A program made the translations under genes and the position numbers. A stretch of DNA of 62,914 nt, the filler included, from Octopus bimaculoides (Eukaryota), in the NCBI RefSeq assembly GCF_001194135.2. It is 8 parts of 8 records of this genome, joined end to end, with 100 filler letters (N's around TTAATTAATTAA, not from the genome) between each part and the next. Parts side by side here need not be neighbours in the genome. Positions count along the whole stretch, not along the records: positions 1 to 6,976 come from NC_069001.1; positions 7,077 to 16,112 come from NC_069009.1; 6 more parts are not named here. One strand, 5' to 3'. Below, piece by piece: positions 1 through 11,590 of the stretch (position 1 is its first letter; the number at the start of each line of letters is the position of its first letter). The notes under the pieces were generated by a model that saw only the letters and a list, made by a program, of their open reading frames with translations, was not told the DNA's origin and did no database searches.

Positions 1-30
<30 letters not shown>

Positions 31-32
<2 letters not shown>

Positions 33-190
33 GATGGGCTTCTTTCAATTTCTGTCTACCAAATCCACTCACAAGTCTTTAGTAGGCCTGCGGCTCTAGT
101 AAAAGGCACTTGTTCAAGGTGCCATGCAGTGGGACTGAACTCAGAACCATGTAGTTGGGAAGAAAGCTTCTTACCACACAGCCATACCTG
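31..190 (-). mobile_element. SINE family A, 5' half (tRNA-derived head)
   Basis: Reverse complement matches the head of the fuller copy at 8296-8720 (GGCTGTGTGGTAAG...GGTTCAGTCCCACTGC...GGATTTGGTAGAC). Confidence 0.85.
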
Positions 191-663
191 TTTCAGTAGA
201 ATGTAGCCATGCTGGGGCCCTGTCTTCCAGGGTTTTCTCACAAACAGTTGACCCTTGTACTTTATTTTTAAGAGATCAGAAATGGGTGAGAGGATGAGTA
301 TAGTGTAGATCAAGGGATGAGGGAAGAGTAGGTGACAACTGTAGGAATTGTGTTGGCTTCAGGGATGACCATTGGTACATGTGTTCAGGGAGAGCAGGTA
401 GGTCAGAGATGACCCACAATGCAGAAGAAATGGAATGATTGTGTACATATAATGTGTGTTTGTAGCTTTATATCCATGTATGTTAGTGTTTATATATATA
501 CACATTCAATATGAGAGAGTGTGTGTGTGTGTGTGTGTGTAGCTATATATGCATGTATATTTGTGTGCTTATATGTACACATTGTGTGTGTAGCTATATA
601 TGCTTGTGTATGTGTATAAGTGTGTTTATGTATGCATATTGGTGTATGTATACAGGTATATTT

Positions 664-1518
664 ATCATCATCATCATCATCGTTTAACGTCCGCTTTCCA
701 TGCTAGCATGGGTTGGACAATTTGACTGAGGACTGGTGAAACCGGATGGCAACACCAGGCTCCAGTCTGATTTGGCAGAGTTTCTACAGCTGGATGCCCT
801 TCCTAACGCCAACCACTCAGAGAGTGTAGTGGGTGCTTTTACGTGTCACCCGCACGAAAACGGCCACGCTCGAAATGGTGTCTTTTATGTACCACNNNNN
901 NNNNNNNNNNNNNNNNNNNNNNNNNNNNNNNNNNNNNNNNNNNNNNNNNNNNNNNNNNNNNNNNNNNNNNNNNNNNNNNNNNNNNNNNNNNNNNNNNNNN
1001 NNNNNNNNNNNNNNNNNNNNNNNNNNNNNNNNNNNNNNNNNNNNNNNNNNNNNNNNNNNNNNNNNNNNNNNNNNNNNNNNNNNNNNNNNNNNNNNNNNNN
1101 NNNNNNNNNNNNNNNNNNNNNNNNNNNNNNNNNNNNNNNNNNNNNNNNNNNNNNNNNNNNNNNNNNNNNNNNNNNNNNNNNNNNNNNNNNNNNNNNNNNN
1201 NNNNNNNNNNNNNNNNNNNNNNNNNNNNNNNNNNNNNNNNNNNNNNNNNNNNNNNNNNNNNNNNNNNNNNNNNNNNNNNNNNNNNNNNNNNNNNNNNNNN
1301 NNNNNNNNNNNCCACCCGCACAAGCCAGTCCAGGGGCACTGGCAACGATCTCGCTCGAAAATCCTACAGGAGCCAGTCAGGCGGTACTGGCAACGGCCAC
1401 GCTCAAAATGGTGCATCTCATGTGCCACCCGCACAAGAACCAGTCCAGGGGCACTGGCAACGATCTTACTTGGCTTGCCGGGTCTTCTCACGCACAGCAC
1501 ATTTCCAAAGGTCTCGGT
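664..1518 (-). mobile_element. 3' end of an RTE-clade LINE (family E): ORF end, GC-rich repeated 3' UTR and (TGA)n tail
   Basis: Minus strand reads RDLWKCAVREKTRQAK* (1516-1466), then internal repeats, GGCGTTAGGAAGGGCATCCAGCTGTAGAAA and a (GAT)n tail. An N gap lies inside. Related copies at 26650, 27277 and 29014. Confidence 0.7.
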
Positions 1519-2314
1519 TTTATATATATATATATATATACACACACATGCATATATGTATGTATATAAATATGTTTATATGTAACTATATATACATGTA
1601 TGTTTGTTTATATATACACATTGTGTGTATTTGTATATAGGTACATAGGTGTGTGTATGTATGTATATAAATATAGATACAACAGTACACTATGTGTGTA
1701 TTTATATAAATATATAATTATACATGTCTAAGAACATGCTTACATGTGTGTATATGTGTGTGTGTGCATGCATGCATATATTTGTCTCTGTGTGTGTGTG
1801 TATATGAGTGCATGCATGCATGCGTGTGTGTACTTATCCAAATTGATATTATCTCTTTGTGTTCTCTATAGAAACACACTTGAGGAGGATTTAAGATTCA
1901 ATAGCTGTTACCATTTCCCATTTGCTCTTCCACTATCTTCATTGTTCTTTCTGCCTATTGTTGAAATCTATTTTAAACATCTGCTTTTTTTCTTTCTCTA
2001 CGTTTTCCTCGCTAATGTATAAAAAGAATCTGATTTTGTCTGCCGTTCCTCATTCCTCGGTGGCATCTGTTGTTGTTTATTAATACATCTCCTGATGATG
2101 AATCTTCGATACATAAACGAATTCCATTTGTATACATGCCTCTACATTTCTTGTTTGTTTTTTTGTTTTCATTTTCGTCTTAGACTTGCATCCTATGAAA
2201 TCTGTGTGCAAAGTGGTTCGAATAATTACGAGAGATTGCAAGCTAATTCCAGAAAAAAATACTTCAAACAGGATAGAAATATATATATATATATATATAT
2301 ATATATTCGTTTTT

Positions 2315-2828
2315 TTGTCCTTCTATTCATTTACTTGTTTCATTCGTTTAACTGCAGCCATGCTGGAGCACTGCCTTTAGTTGAAGAAATCAACCCCAAG
2401 ATTTATTCTTTGTGAGCCTAGTACTTATTTTATCGAACATTTTTGCCTAACAGCTAAATTATGGGGATGTTAACACACCAACATCGGTTGTCAGGCAATG
2501 GTGGGGGGGGGACAAACACAGACACATGTGTGTGTGTGTATATATATATATNNNNNNNNNNNNNNNNNNNNNNNNNNNNNNNNNNNNNNNNNNNNNNNNN
2601 NNNNNNNNNNNNNNNNNNNNNNNNNNNNNNNNNNNNNNNNNNNNNNNNNNNNNNNNNNNNNNNNNNNNNNNNNNNNNNNNNNNNNNNNNNNNNNNNNNNN
2701 NNNNNNNNNNNNNNNNNNNNNNNNNNNNNNNNNNNNNNNNNNNNNNNNNNNNNNNNNNNNNNNNNNNNNNNNNNNNNNNNNNNNNNNNNNNNNNNNNNNT
2801 CTGTTGTTGTTTTTTTCGTAAATTCTCC

Positions 2829-2860
<32 letters not shown>

Positions 2861-2990
2861 CGACAGACTCCTTTCAGCTTCCGCCTACCAGTTCCACTCA
2901 CAAGGGTTTGGTCAGCCCAAAAGACACTTGCCTAAGGTGCCATGCAGTCGGATTGAACCTCAGTTGGGGAACAAGTTTCTTATTACTGTA
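2315..2990 (-). mobile_element. SINE family A, near full length (gap inside)
   Basis: Both halves match the reverse complement of 8296-8720. Confidence 0.85.
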
Positions 2991-3412
2991 AGGCATGGCT
3001 TCTCATTCCATCCACCAGTTTTGGTGAAGTTACACACCATTAGGCATTGCTTTTCTTCCCCACACTCAACCATTGTATGTCTCAAAGTGTTAGAGCATCA
3101 GATAAAGTGCCTTGAATATTCTAGTTCCTCACATTCTGAGTTCAAGTCCTACCGATGTTAGCTTTGCTTTCAACAGTAGAGTTTGGTAAACTAGCAGCAG
3201 AATTCTCAGTGTGTTCGAAGTGGTACCTTGCAATTTTTGCTCTGGTACTTTATGTTCTTACGTGGCCAATATATGTTGTAGACTTTACACTTTAGCATTT
3301 AAGCCATTCATATCCGTCCCAAATATTCTACCTGCTAGGGTCGATGTAATCAACGTACCCCTTCCCCCGAACTTGATGGACTTGTGCCAGAATTTGAACC
3401 CTTTGCAAATGT

Positions 3413-3743
3413 GATGCACATAGCTCAGTGGTTAGAGCGTCAGGCTCACAATCATGAGGTAGTGAGTTCGATTCCTGTACTAGGCTGTGTGCTGTGTTCT
3501 TGAGCAAGACACTTTATTCCATGCTGCTTCACTTCACTCAGCTGTAGAAATGAGTTGCAGTGTCACTGGTGCCACGCTGTATCGGCCCCTTTGCCTTTCC
3601 CATGGACTACATCAGTGGTGTAGAGAGGGGAGTCTGGTATGCATGGGCAACCGCTGGTCTTCCATAAACAACCTTGTCCAGACTTATTCCTCAGAGGGGA
3701 ACTTTGTCGGTGCAATCCCACGGTCATTCTTGACCGAAGGGAG
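3413..3743 (+). mobile_element. SINE family D (tRNA head plus central conserved domain)
   Basis: A box TAGCTCAGTGG, B box AGTTCGATTCC, then CTTGAGCAAGACACTTTATT...CAGCTGTAGAAATGAG. Related copies at 20922 and 30280. Confidence 0.85.
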
Positions 3744-4498
3744 TGTATACAGTTACAAATTATTACATAAATGATATTAACCCTATTTTAATCTATATTC
3801 TTCTCTGACAGCCTGTCTATCCATTTATATATATATATATATATATATATNNNNNNNNNNNNNNNNNNNNNNNNNNNNNNNNNNNNNNNNNNNNNNNNNN
3901 NNNAAAAAAATTAATGTGAAAATATATTTAAGAAAAACAAAAACAAGAAAACATTCAGGAATGTATAAAAAAATTTTTTAAAAAAAGGACTTTAGTTTCA
4001 ATTTATGAATATGCACTCAATTTATTTTTCGTGTGTCACAGAAGAGGAAGAAAAAAAACAAAAAAACGAAGCACACTGCAGTTTGTCCCTGACACGTATT
4101 TTAATGCAGTTTTGCACTTAACTGCTTTCTAACTGCAATTAATTCATATTTGTAACATCCAGAAACCTCTCAGACCTGTTTTTCTTTTAATGGCTTTTTT
4201 TTTCTTTACAGTATTTTTAAAATTATTATTATTATTATTATTATTAATTCTGTTTTCAATATTTCATTCTCCTCCTCCTCCTCGTTTCCCTTGCTGGCTT
4301 ACCTCTTCTCTACACATCTAAATCTGCCTCCCCCTCTCTCACTCTCTCTCTCTCTCGCTCTCTCCTACTTATGACTTCCTTGGCTCCTCAAACTGCCACT
4401 CTTATGTCAACCGACCTGCTCCTCCATTTATCATTTTCCCCTCCTCCTGTCTCCCAACCTTTCAATCCTCACTGCATTAGCAATCAATTAGGAAGCTA

Positions 4499-4530
<32 letters not shown>

Positions 4531-6100
4531 GTGTGTGTGTATGCGCATGTATATGTACAGACATGTTTATGAACACTCTAACACGCATACACGTACACTC
4601 GCTCAACTACACTCATATTCATTTAAATGCTATCATATCCTAATGTAATATAATGTATCACTTGAGCCCCTGGGAGTTTCTGAGGGTTAGAGGCTTAGAT
4701 CTGGTTACATAATGCTGAGTGGATAACATCCTGTAGATATAGGACCTTGCTTTATCACATGTAATATATTCACCATGACATTCTGATAAATTATTTCCAA
4801 CATGGTTGTTTGTTCTTTTTTTTTTTTTATTTCTTTTGTTTTGTTCTGTAAGGAAGACCATTTATTTGATGGTTTGTTGAGCTATTTATCTTGACCAGTC
4901 AATTGATTGGCAAAGATACACTCACCTCCGCTTTATCACATGGTCACTTAAGCTGCTAGAAACAGCAGCCAGATCCCTCTTAAATTACAACTGCCATCCA
5001 TAACCATCTGGTCTTTTACTCCGATTCAGTGTATCCTAACTCTATATTTTCCAATGTGGTCCTTTCTTATTATTTAGCCCTTGGTCAGCCTTGACCAAGC
5101 AGACCAATACTCTTTTACNNNNNNNNNNNNNNNNNNNNNNNNNNNNNNNNNNNNNNNNNNNNNNNNNNNNNNNNNNNNNNNNNNNNNNNNNNNNNNNNNN
5201 NNNNNNNNNNNNNNNNNNCAACAACAAAGTGTTCAAACAGGGAAGTAAATGTTCATATATGGAGATTACGTCCAGTCTTATTTGTTTCAAGGTGGGTGGT
5301 GAATGGTCCGACCCGTATGCAACTCCGTCTCGTTCTGGTTCTATCCGCGCCAAGCTCCCGCTGTCTTCCCCACTCACCTTTTTAACAGGAAGTACGAGTA
5401 TATATATATATATATATNNNNNNNNNNNNNNNNNNNNNNNNNNNNNNNNNNNNNNNNNNNNNNNNNNNNNNNNNNNNNNNNNNNNNNNNNNNNNNNNNNN
5501 NNNNNNNNNNNNNNNNNNNNNNNNNNNNNNNNNNNNNNNNNNNNNNNNNNNNNNNNNNNNNNNNNNNNNNNNNNNNNNNNNNNNNNNNNNNNNNNNNNNN
5601 NNNNNNNNNNNNNNNNNNNNNNNNNNNNNNNNNNNNNNNNNNNNNNNNNNNNNNNNNNNNNNNNNNNNNNNNNNNNNNNNNNNNNNNNNNNNNNNNNNNN
5701 NNNNNNNNNNNNNNNNNNNNNNNNNNNNNNNNNNNNNNNNNNNNNNNNNNNNNNNNNNNNNNNNNNNNNNNNNNNNNNNNNNNNNNNNNNNNNNNNNNNN
5801 NNNNNNNNNNNNNNNNNNNNNNNNNNNNNNNNNNNNNNNNNNNNNNNNNNNNNNNNNNNNNNNNNNNNNNNNNNNNNNNNNNNNNNNNNNNNNNNNNNNN
5901 NNNNNNNNNNNNNNNNNNNNNNNNNNNNNNNNNNNNNNNNNNNNNNNNNNNNNNNNNNNNNNNNNNNNNNNNNNNNNNNNNNNNNNNNNNNNNNNNNNNN
6001 NNNNNNNNNNNNNNNNNNNNNNNNNNNNNNNNNNNNNNNNNNNNNNNNNNNNNNNNNNNNNNNNNNNNNNNNNNNNNNNNNNNNNNNNNNNNNNNNNNNN

Positions 6101-6133
<33 letters not shown>

Positions 6134-6977
6134 CAGGGTTTGAGCAGAGAGGACTGACGTGTTTGAAAAATTCACAAAATCATTAATTTTAGCTGCAAAC
6201 AAATTTTATTGATATCTATGCTTTCGTATTGAATTAGCATTTGTCAGAATCAAGTGTGGAAAACAACATCCATCATGTGGTGTCCGTTTTCACCGATGAA
6301 TTTCTTGGAAGTTCGACTCGACTCTCTCCAGCATTATTCTGTCGATTTGGGTGACATCCACGCGAAAATCTCCCTTCAAATCGTCCAATGTACGGGGCTT
6401 ATGCGCATACACGCGTACATAGTTTTCCCCACAAGAAATAATCACACCTGAACAAATTAGGGGACTGAGAGGACCAAGGAAAGTCAGCAAACCCGGAAGT
6501 GAGGCGGTCACCAAAGAGAGGGCGAAGAATGTTTATTGATGCTCTGACAGTGTGGGCCGTCGCCCCATCCTGTTGAAACCACATATGTCGAATAGTCACA
6601 CGTTTTTGTCGTGATTCAGGCGCAAAAATTATCATCTCGATGTAACGCTCGGAGTTCATAGTAACAGCATTTCCATTATTGTCTTCAATTAAGTAAGGAC
6701 CAATGACGGCAGCTTTTCCCACAGCACACCAGACCGGCACTTTTCGGCTATGCAGTGGTCATTCGTGCAGTCCTCTCGGATTTTCAAAAGCCCAATAACG
6801 ACGGTTCTGTTGATTCACTTTGCCATTGAAATGAAAATGAGCTTCATCATTCATTACGAAAATGAAGTTGTCATTTATCTGAAAAAATTGCTTCCATCTA
6901 ACGTGCGAAGTCTCATGGTTTCAACTGTTGTCTTATGGCCAATTTGTACGGGTGGAAATGCAGGTCTTCATGCAAAN
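6134..6977 (-). mobile_element. Tc1/mariner DD41D (rosa-type) transposon, degraded and cut by a gap
   Basis: Minus-strand motifs MNDEAHF, VNQQNRRYW, VWCAVG..IGPY, QQDGATAHT and SPNLFRCDYFLWG, with 41 residues between the 2nd and 3rd Asp. TA followed by a probable TIR (CAGGGT...) at 6132-6140. Confidence 0.85.
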
Positions 6978-7418
6978 NNNNNNNNNNNNNNNNNNNNNNN
7001 NNNNNNNNNNNNNNNNNNNNTTAATTAATTAANNNNNNNNNNNNNNNNNNNNNNNNNNNNNNNNNNNNNNNNNNNNGAAGAAAACCTTAAATAGAAAAAT
7101 GGGCTCAAAATACATATTGTAAATAATTAATTATATTCGAATTAACGCATTAAAATCAAATCAATAAAATAAAGTATACGCTGCATTCAAAATAAAATAA
7201 AATAAAATTACAATAGCGTGTACGTATACAAGGCTATCCACAACATATATATATCTATATATAAATATATACATCGAAATACACAGTTGCATACGCACAG
7301 ACAATCTACGTATATAGGCCTATATTTACAAGGCACAGATATATACATAAGTACAAATCTACACACATATACACACACACGCATTTAAGTTTGCGCGTGA
7401 AAAACCTATATATATATT

Positions 7419-8219
7419 TCAGAATTAGATAAAAAGGCAAGAAACAGAAAATATGACCTACCTATATATATATTAATTAAAAAACGTGTAGTAAAAAAAT
7501 AAACAAACATATTCTAAATACACAGACGGACAGAAAACACAGAAAGTCACCAATTCTTCATCAGTTATCGGCCAGAGGGTCAAACGCAATTTCAGCGATT
7601 ACCGATAATATTGCTTCCACTTTGGAGGCACCGACAAGAAACTTGCCGGAAATGGGACCTAACAAAACGAAACGGGCCCGAGCCGAAACCGTTGGTGGAC
7701 GGACGAGGGACAAAACAAACAGAATAAAGGATTGGGGCCACACGAAGACAGCAGTTAATAATGATAATGCATATACAACGTAATGCGTTGGGGCTGGAAG
7801 ACAAGACAAAAAATGGGTAACGAGAAGTGAAAACTGTCCTAAAGGACTATACACGGGAGACGTAGGGCGAGTACCGTCGAAGGCAACGCGAAAAAGAATG
7901 ACACCGCCTTAGGTCATCACGGGTCAAGTGATAGTGGGAGGAGGGTAGCAAAGAGAGAGAGAGAGAGGGAATTGAGAGAAGCAAAGTGAAAGTGGCACAA
8001 AAAAATATTCCAAGAATACTTCTAAAAATGGGTAAAAAATTAAGGGGTGCGTACGTTACATACGTAATATTTTCAGGATTAAATAAAAAGACAACTAACG
8101 GAAAACATGAACTACCTATATATATAATAATAATAAAAACATGTAGTAAATAAACAAACGAACATTTACTAAACCATTTCTTCATCAGTTATCGGCCAGA
8201 GAGGTCAAACGCAATTTCA
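7419..8219 (-). repeat. Direct-repeat element (~150-180 bp imperfect repeats, 624-nt period), retrozyme-like
   Basis: 7419-7597 resembles 8072-8219. The core TTCATCAGTTATCGGCCAGAG(A)GGTCAAACGCAATTTCA is near-identical in both copies (TCATCAG at 7558 and 8182). Confidence 0.75.
7551..7614 (-). ncRNA. Candidate hammerhead ribozyme with permuted strand order
   Basis: Minus strand: GCAA-UA|UUAUCGG-UAAUCGCU-GAAA-UUGC-linker-CCGAUAA-CUGAUGA-AGAAUUG. Helix I (7 bp) and helix III (5 bp) abut the conserved core in canonical register. Confidence 0.55.
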
Positions 8220-8251
8220 TCTACTCGCACACACACACACACACACGCACG

Positions 8252-8294
<43 letters not shown>

Positions 8295-8295
8295 T

Positions 8296-8456
8296 AGGCG
8301 CAGGAGTGGCTGTGTGGTAAGTAGCTTGCTTACCAACCACATGGTTACGGGTTCAGTCCCACTGCGTGGCACCTTGGGCAAGTGTCTTTTACTATAGCCT
8401 CAGGCCGACCAAAGCCTTTTGAGTGGATTTGGTAGACGGAAACTGAAAGAAGCCCG

Positions 8457-8510
<54 letters not shown>

Positions 8511-8720
8511 ATATATGTTTGTGTGTCTGTATTTGTCCCCCCAGCTTCGCTTGACGACCGATGCTGGTGTGTTCGCGTCCCCGTAACTTGGCGGTTCGGC
8601 AAAAAGAAACCGATAGAATAAGTACTAGGCTTACAAAGAATAAGTCCTGGGGTCGAGTTGCTCGACTAAAGGCGGTGCCCCAGCATGGCCGCAGTCAAAT
8701 GACTGAAACAAGTAAAAGAG
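8296..8720 (+). mobile_element. SINE family A, full length with internal (TA)n/(TG)n tract
   Basis: tRNA-like head AGGCGCAGGAGTGGCTGTGTGGTAAG...GGGTTCAGTCCC and tail GACTGAAACAAGTAAAAGA. More than 10 related copies in this window. Confidence 0.9.
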
Positions 8721-9569
8721 TAATGGTGGTGATGATAGTAAGTAAAAGATATTAATAAATCCAGGCAGATATCTATAAAGCACTCAGCGTTAAAGGAATT
8801 TGGTTAATTATATCAAACAATCAGATACCAATAAATTCAAGTGAAATAAACATTGAAGGTAATTCTTCGTGTACGACAAGTAAACCTAAATATGGCTCAG
8901 AAGAATTTCAAGAAACTCAGAGTAGAAGGCAACAAGAATAAGAATGGAGCAAATTACAACTGGCCGCAGTTGACTAAAACAAGTAAAAGAATAAAGAATA
9001 AAAGAATATCTTGAGCATTTTTAGACTTGTCTCGCCCGTCCCACACCAGGTCTGGCTCCAGCTGTGTCTTCCAGAAAGGGAGACAGACATACAGTCAAAC
9101 AAACGCACAGAAAGAGAGAAAAAGATCAATCTGAGTACAAGACTGGCACTTTATGTATCGACCCCAAACAGATGAAAGGCAAATTTTTACCTAGGCGGCA
9201 TTTGAACTCAGAACGCATACAACCGAAACGAACCTGCATCGATTGATAAACTGCTTTATAACTACAAACAGACGCTGGCTTAGCCTGCAAACAATGAACT
9301 CTGACATCTATTAGTCAAGCGGAATGTTAGGTCCAGATTGGAGCAGACGATAGATAAATCGGAAACTAGATACGATAGACACGACACAAGGATGTAGGAA
9401 GACTTAATAATGGAAGAAGGAAGACTGAGAAAGGAGACATTTAGATGTTTTTGGACAATTATTGCTGCATCATTTTAATGGAGACAATAAAATAATAATA
9501 ATAATAATAATACAAAAATAATACTCCTGTTAAATTAGAAGACTTGTCACGGAGAATATACATGCATAC

Positions 9570-9622
<53 letters not shown>

Positions 9623-10194
9623 GAGAGAGAGGGAAGAGGGAAGAGGGAAGAAGGGAGGGAAGGAAAGAAAGACAGAATTAAGAGAGGAAGAGAAAGATAC
9701 ATATATCTGAGTATGCATGTATGTGTATGTATGTTTACATATATGTAACCTTTATACATCACATCACATCACACACACACACATATAGATAGATAAACAG
9801 ACATAGACATATATATAGGTATATATACACACATACGCACATACATATGAAACCTTATGAATGTTTATGATGTGTGTGTGCGTGGCGCGTGTATGTGTGT
9901 ATCATATGCATTCAAAGATATATACAGTTAAACAAATACACACACACATACATGCAAACATGTGTGTGTGTGAGTCGGTGACTTGTGTAAATTTGTGCCT
10001 TTGCGAGTGTGTATGTGTGTGTCTTTCTGTCTGTGTGTCGATTTTCTTGTCATTTATAGATGTTTAATAACAATTTGTCATACATGTCAAGTGAAATAAC
10101 ACGAGCAACAACAACAACGTAAATATCTCCACTTAACATGCTAGAAATAACAGCCAGATCTTCCTCAAATCATCCTCGGTTAACTATTAATAAA

Positions 10195-10400
10195 TATTGG
10201 CTTCAAATTTTGGCAGAAGGCCAGCACTTTGGGGAGAGGTGCTAGGTCGGTTACATCGACCCCAGTGCTCAACTGGTACTTATTTTATCGACCTCGGAAG
10301 GATGAAAGGTATAGTCGACCTCGGCAGAATTTGAACTCAGAATGTACAGACAGACGAAATGCCACTAAGCATAATGGTTCTGCCCGATCGCCGCTTTAGC
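10195..10400 (-). mobile_element. SINE family B (tail type 2)
   Basis: Reverse complement of TTCTGAGTTCAAATTCTGCCGAGGTCGACT...CCTTTCATCC...GGTCGATAAAATAAGTACCAG. Confidence 0.85.
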
Positions 10401-10907
10401 TACAAATAAATATTGATTGGTTGAGTCTTAGATTGACAGTTTGTGGATACAAAATGGGATGGTCACGGCTGGAATATTTTAACCATAAGCCTCCTGGAAA
10501 AGGACTGACTTGGGGCCAAACAACTGCAACAACAACTATGACAATTAACTACTACACTGTGCATGAGATAATATAGTCTTAGGTACACTATGGCTGAATA
10601 AAAGATGGATAGTCACAATTAGAACATCTTTGATCATAGGTTTGTCTGGATCAGAACTGACCTGAGGTTAAACGACAGCAGCTCATACTGACTGCTATAC
10701 CATGTATAAGATAATGTAGTCTTAGATACGCCGTCTAAATAAAAGATGGGATGATCACAGCTAGAACATGTTTGATGACAGGTCTGTTGGATCGGGACTG
10801 TACTGGAGTTAAACAGCAACTATAGCCACTAATACGCTTTACAATAAATTTGTCAAATATACAGAAATGAGAATTTAACAGAGTAATTTATATGGAGTAA
10901 CTTTACA

Positions 10908-11590
10908 TTAAGGAGTGAAACGTGTAATTTCCTGTAATTCAGACCGCCTCATGGCCCCTGAGGACAAAATGGAAAAGGCGTTGCCTCGGTGGACGGCGAC
11001 GGAGATGCGCTGGAACAGCCACTCTGGCTCACGGGGTTCATAGTTGTGGATAGCGATCTCCGTTCCGATAGCGGTGAGCAGGAATATGGTCCGGGGGTCG
11101 AGAACGCCTGAGGTCTCCACTGCCACAGGCTCGACCATAAACCTGTCAGAGAGTGACAAATACTAACTAATATACTATATATTAGGTAATGTAGTCCTGT
11201 GATATCTTGGGCAAGTACTAGCAACCCCTTAGGTCTCCCGTGCCAGGGAGATGGACAGCGACAAGCCGGGAGAGTCCTAGACCAACGGCTTGAAGGTTAG
11301 TGCGGCCAAGCAGAAGATCAGTACCATAAGACACGGGTTGGGCGTCAATTAGCAGGTGAGCTGTTACTGCAGAGCAGCCCCATCGTCAACCATGCTCGTT
11401 GTACTCTAGTACTTCACTTGGTATCTGGTGTGGAGGCCCAGAAAAGCAGTCTGCGTTTTGTTCAGAGAAATGGGAAGCCTTGTGGTGATGGAGTAAATGT
11501 AACGGTAGTAAGCGTACGTACCTGGAAGCTGCTAGCAAGAGTTCTGCACGTTGGCGGCTCGGGCGGCCCGCTATCAGTACCTGATTAGAA
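10908..11590 (-). mobile_element. CRE-like RLE non-LTR retrotransposon 3' remnant
   Basis: Minus-strand peptide YLSLSDRFMVEPVAVETSGVLDPR...EWLFQRISVAVHRGNAFSIL matches the PxAVETxG / FQRLSVAxQRGNA end of CRE-type RLE proteins. The upstream part is heavily decayed. Confidence 0.7.

Noticed and set aside
736-1640. Long ORFs in the track (also 5042-6202, 20246-20929, 42876-43758, 47037-47648)
   Set aside because: Their length comes from N gaps and (TA)n/(CA)n tracts; there is no coding signal.
2090-2125. CTGATGA-TGAATC-TTC-GATACA-TAAAC hammerhead-like string
   Set aside because: G12 is absent and stems I and III cannot be formed; at best a dead remnant.
7021-7032. TTAATTAATTAA recurring at 7021, 16157, 23902, 32938, 37039, 42264 and 60433
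   Set aside because: It is always embedded in N runs and has stops in all six frames, so it is an assembly gap spacer rather than a biological repeat or CRISPR-like array.
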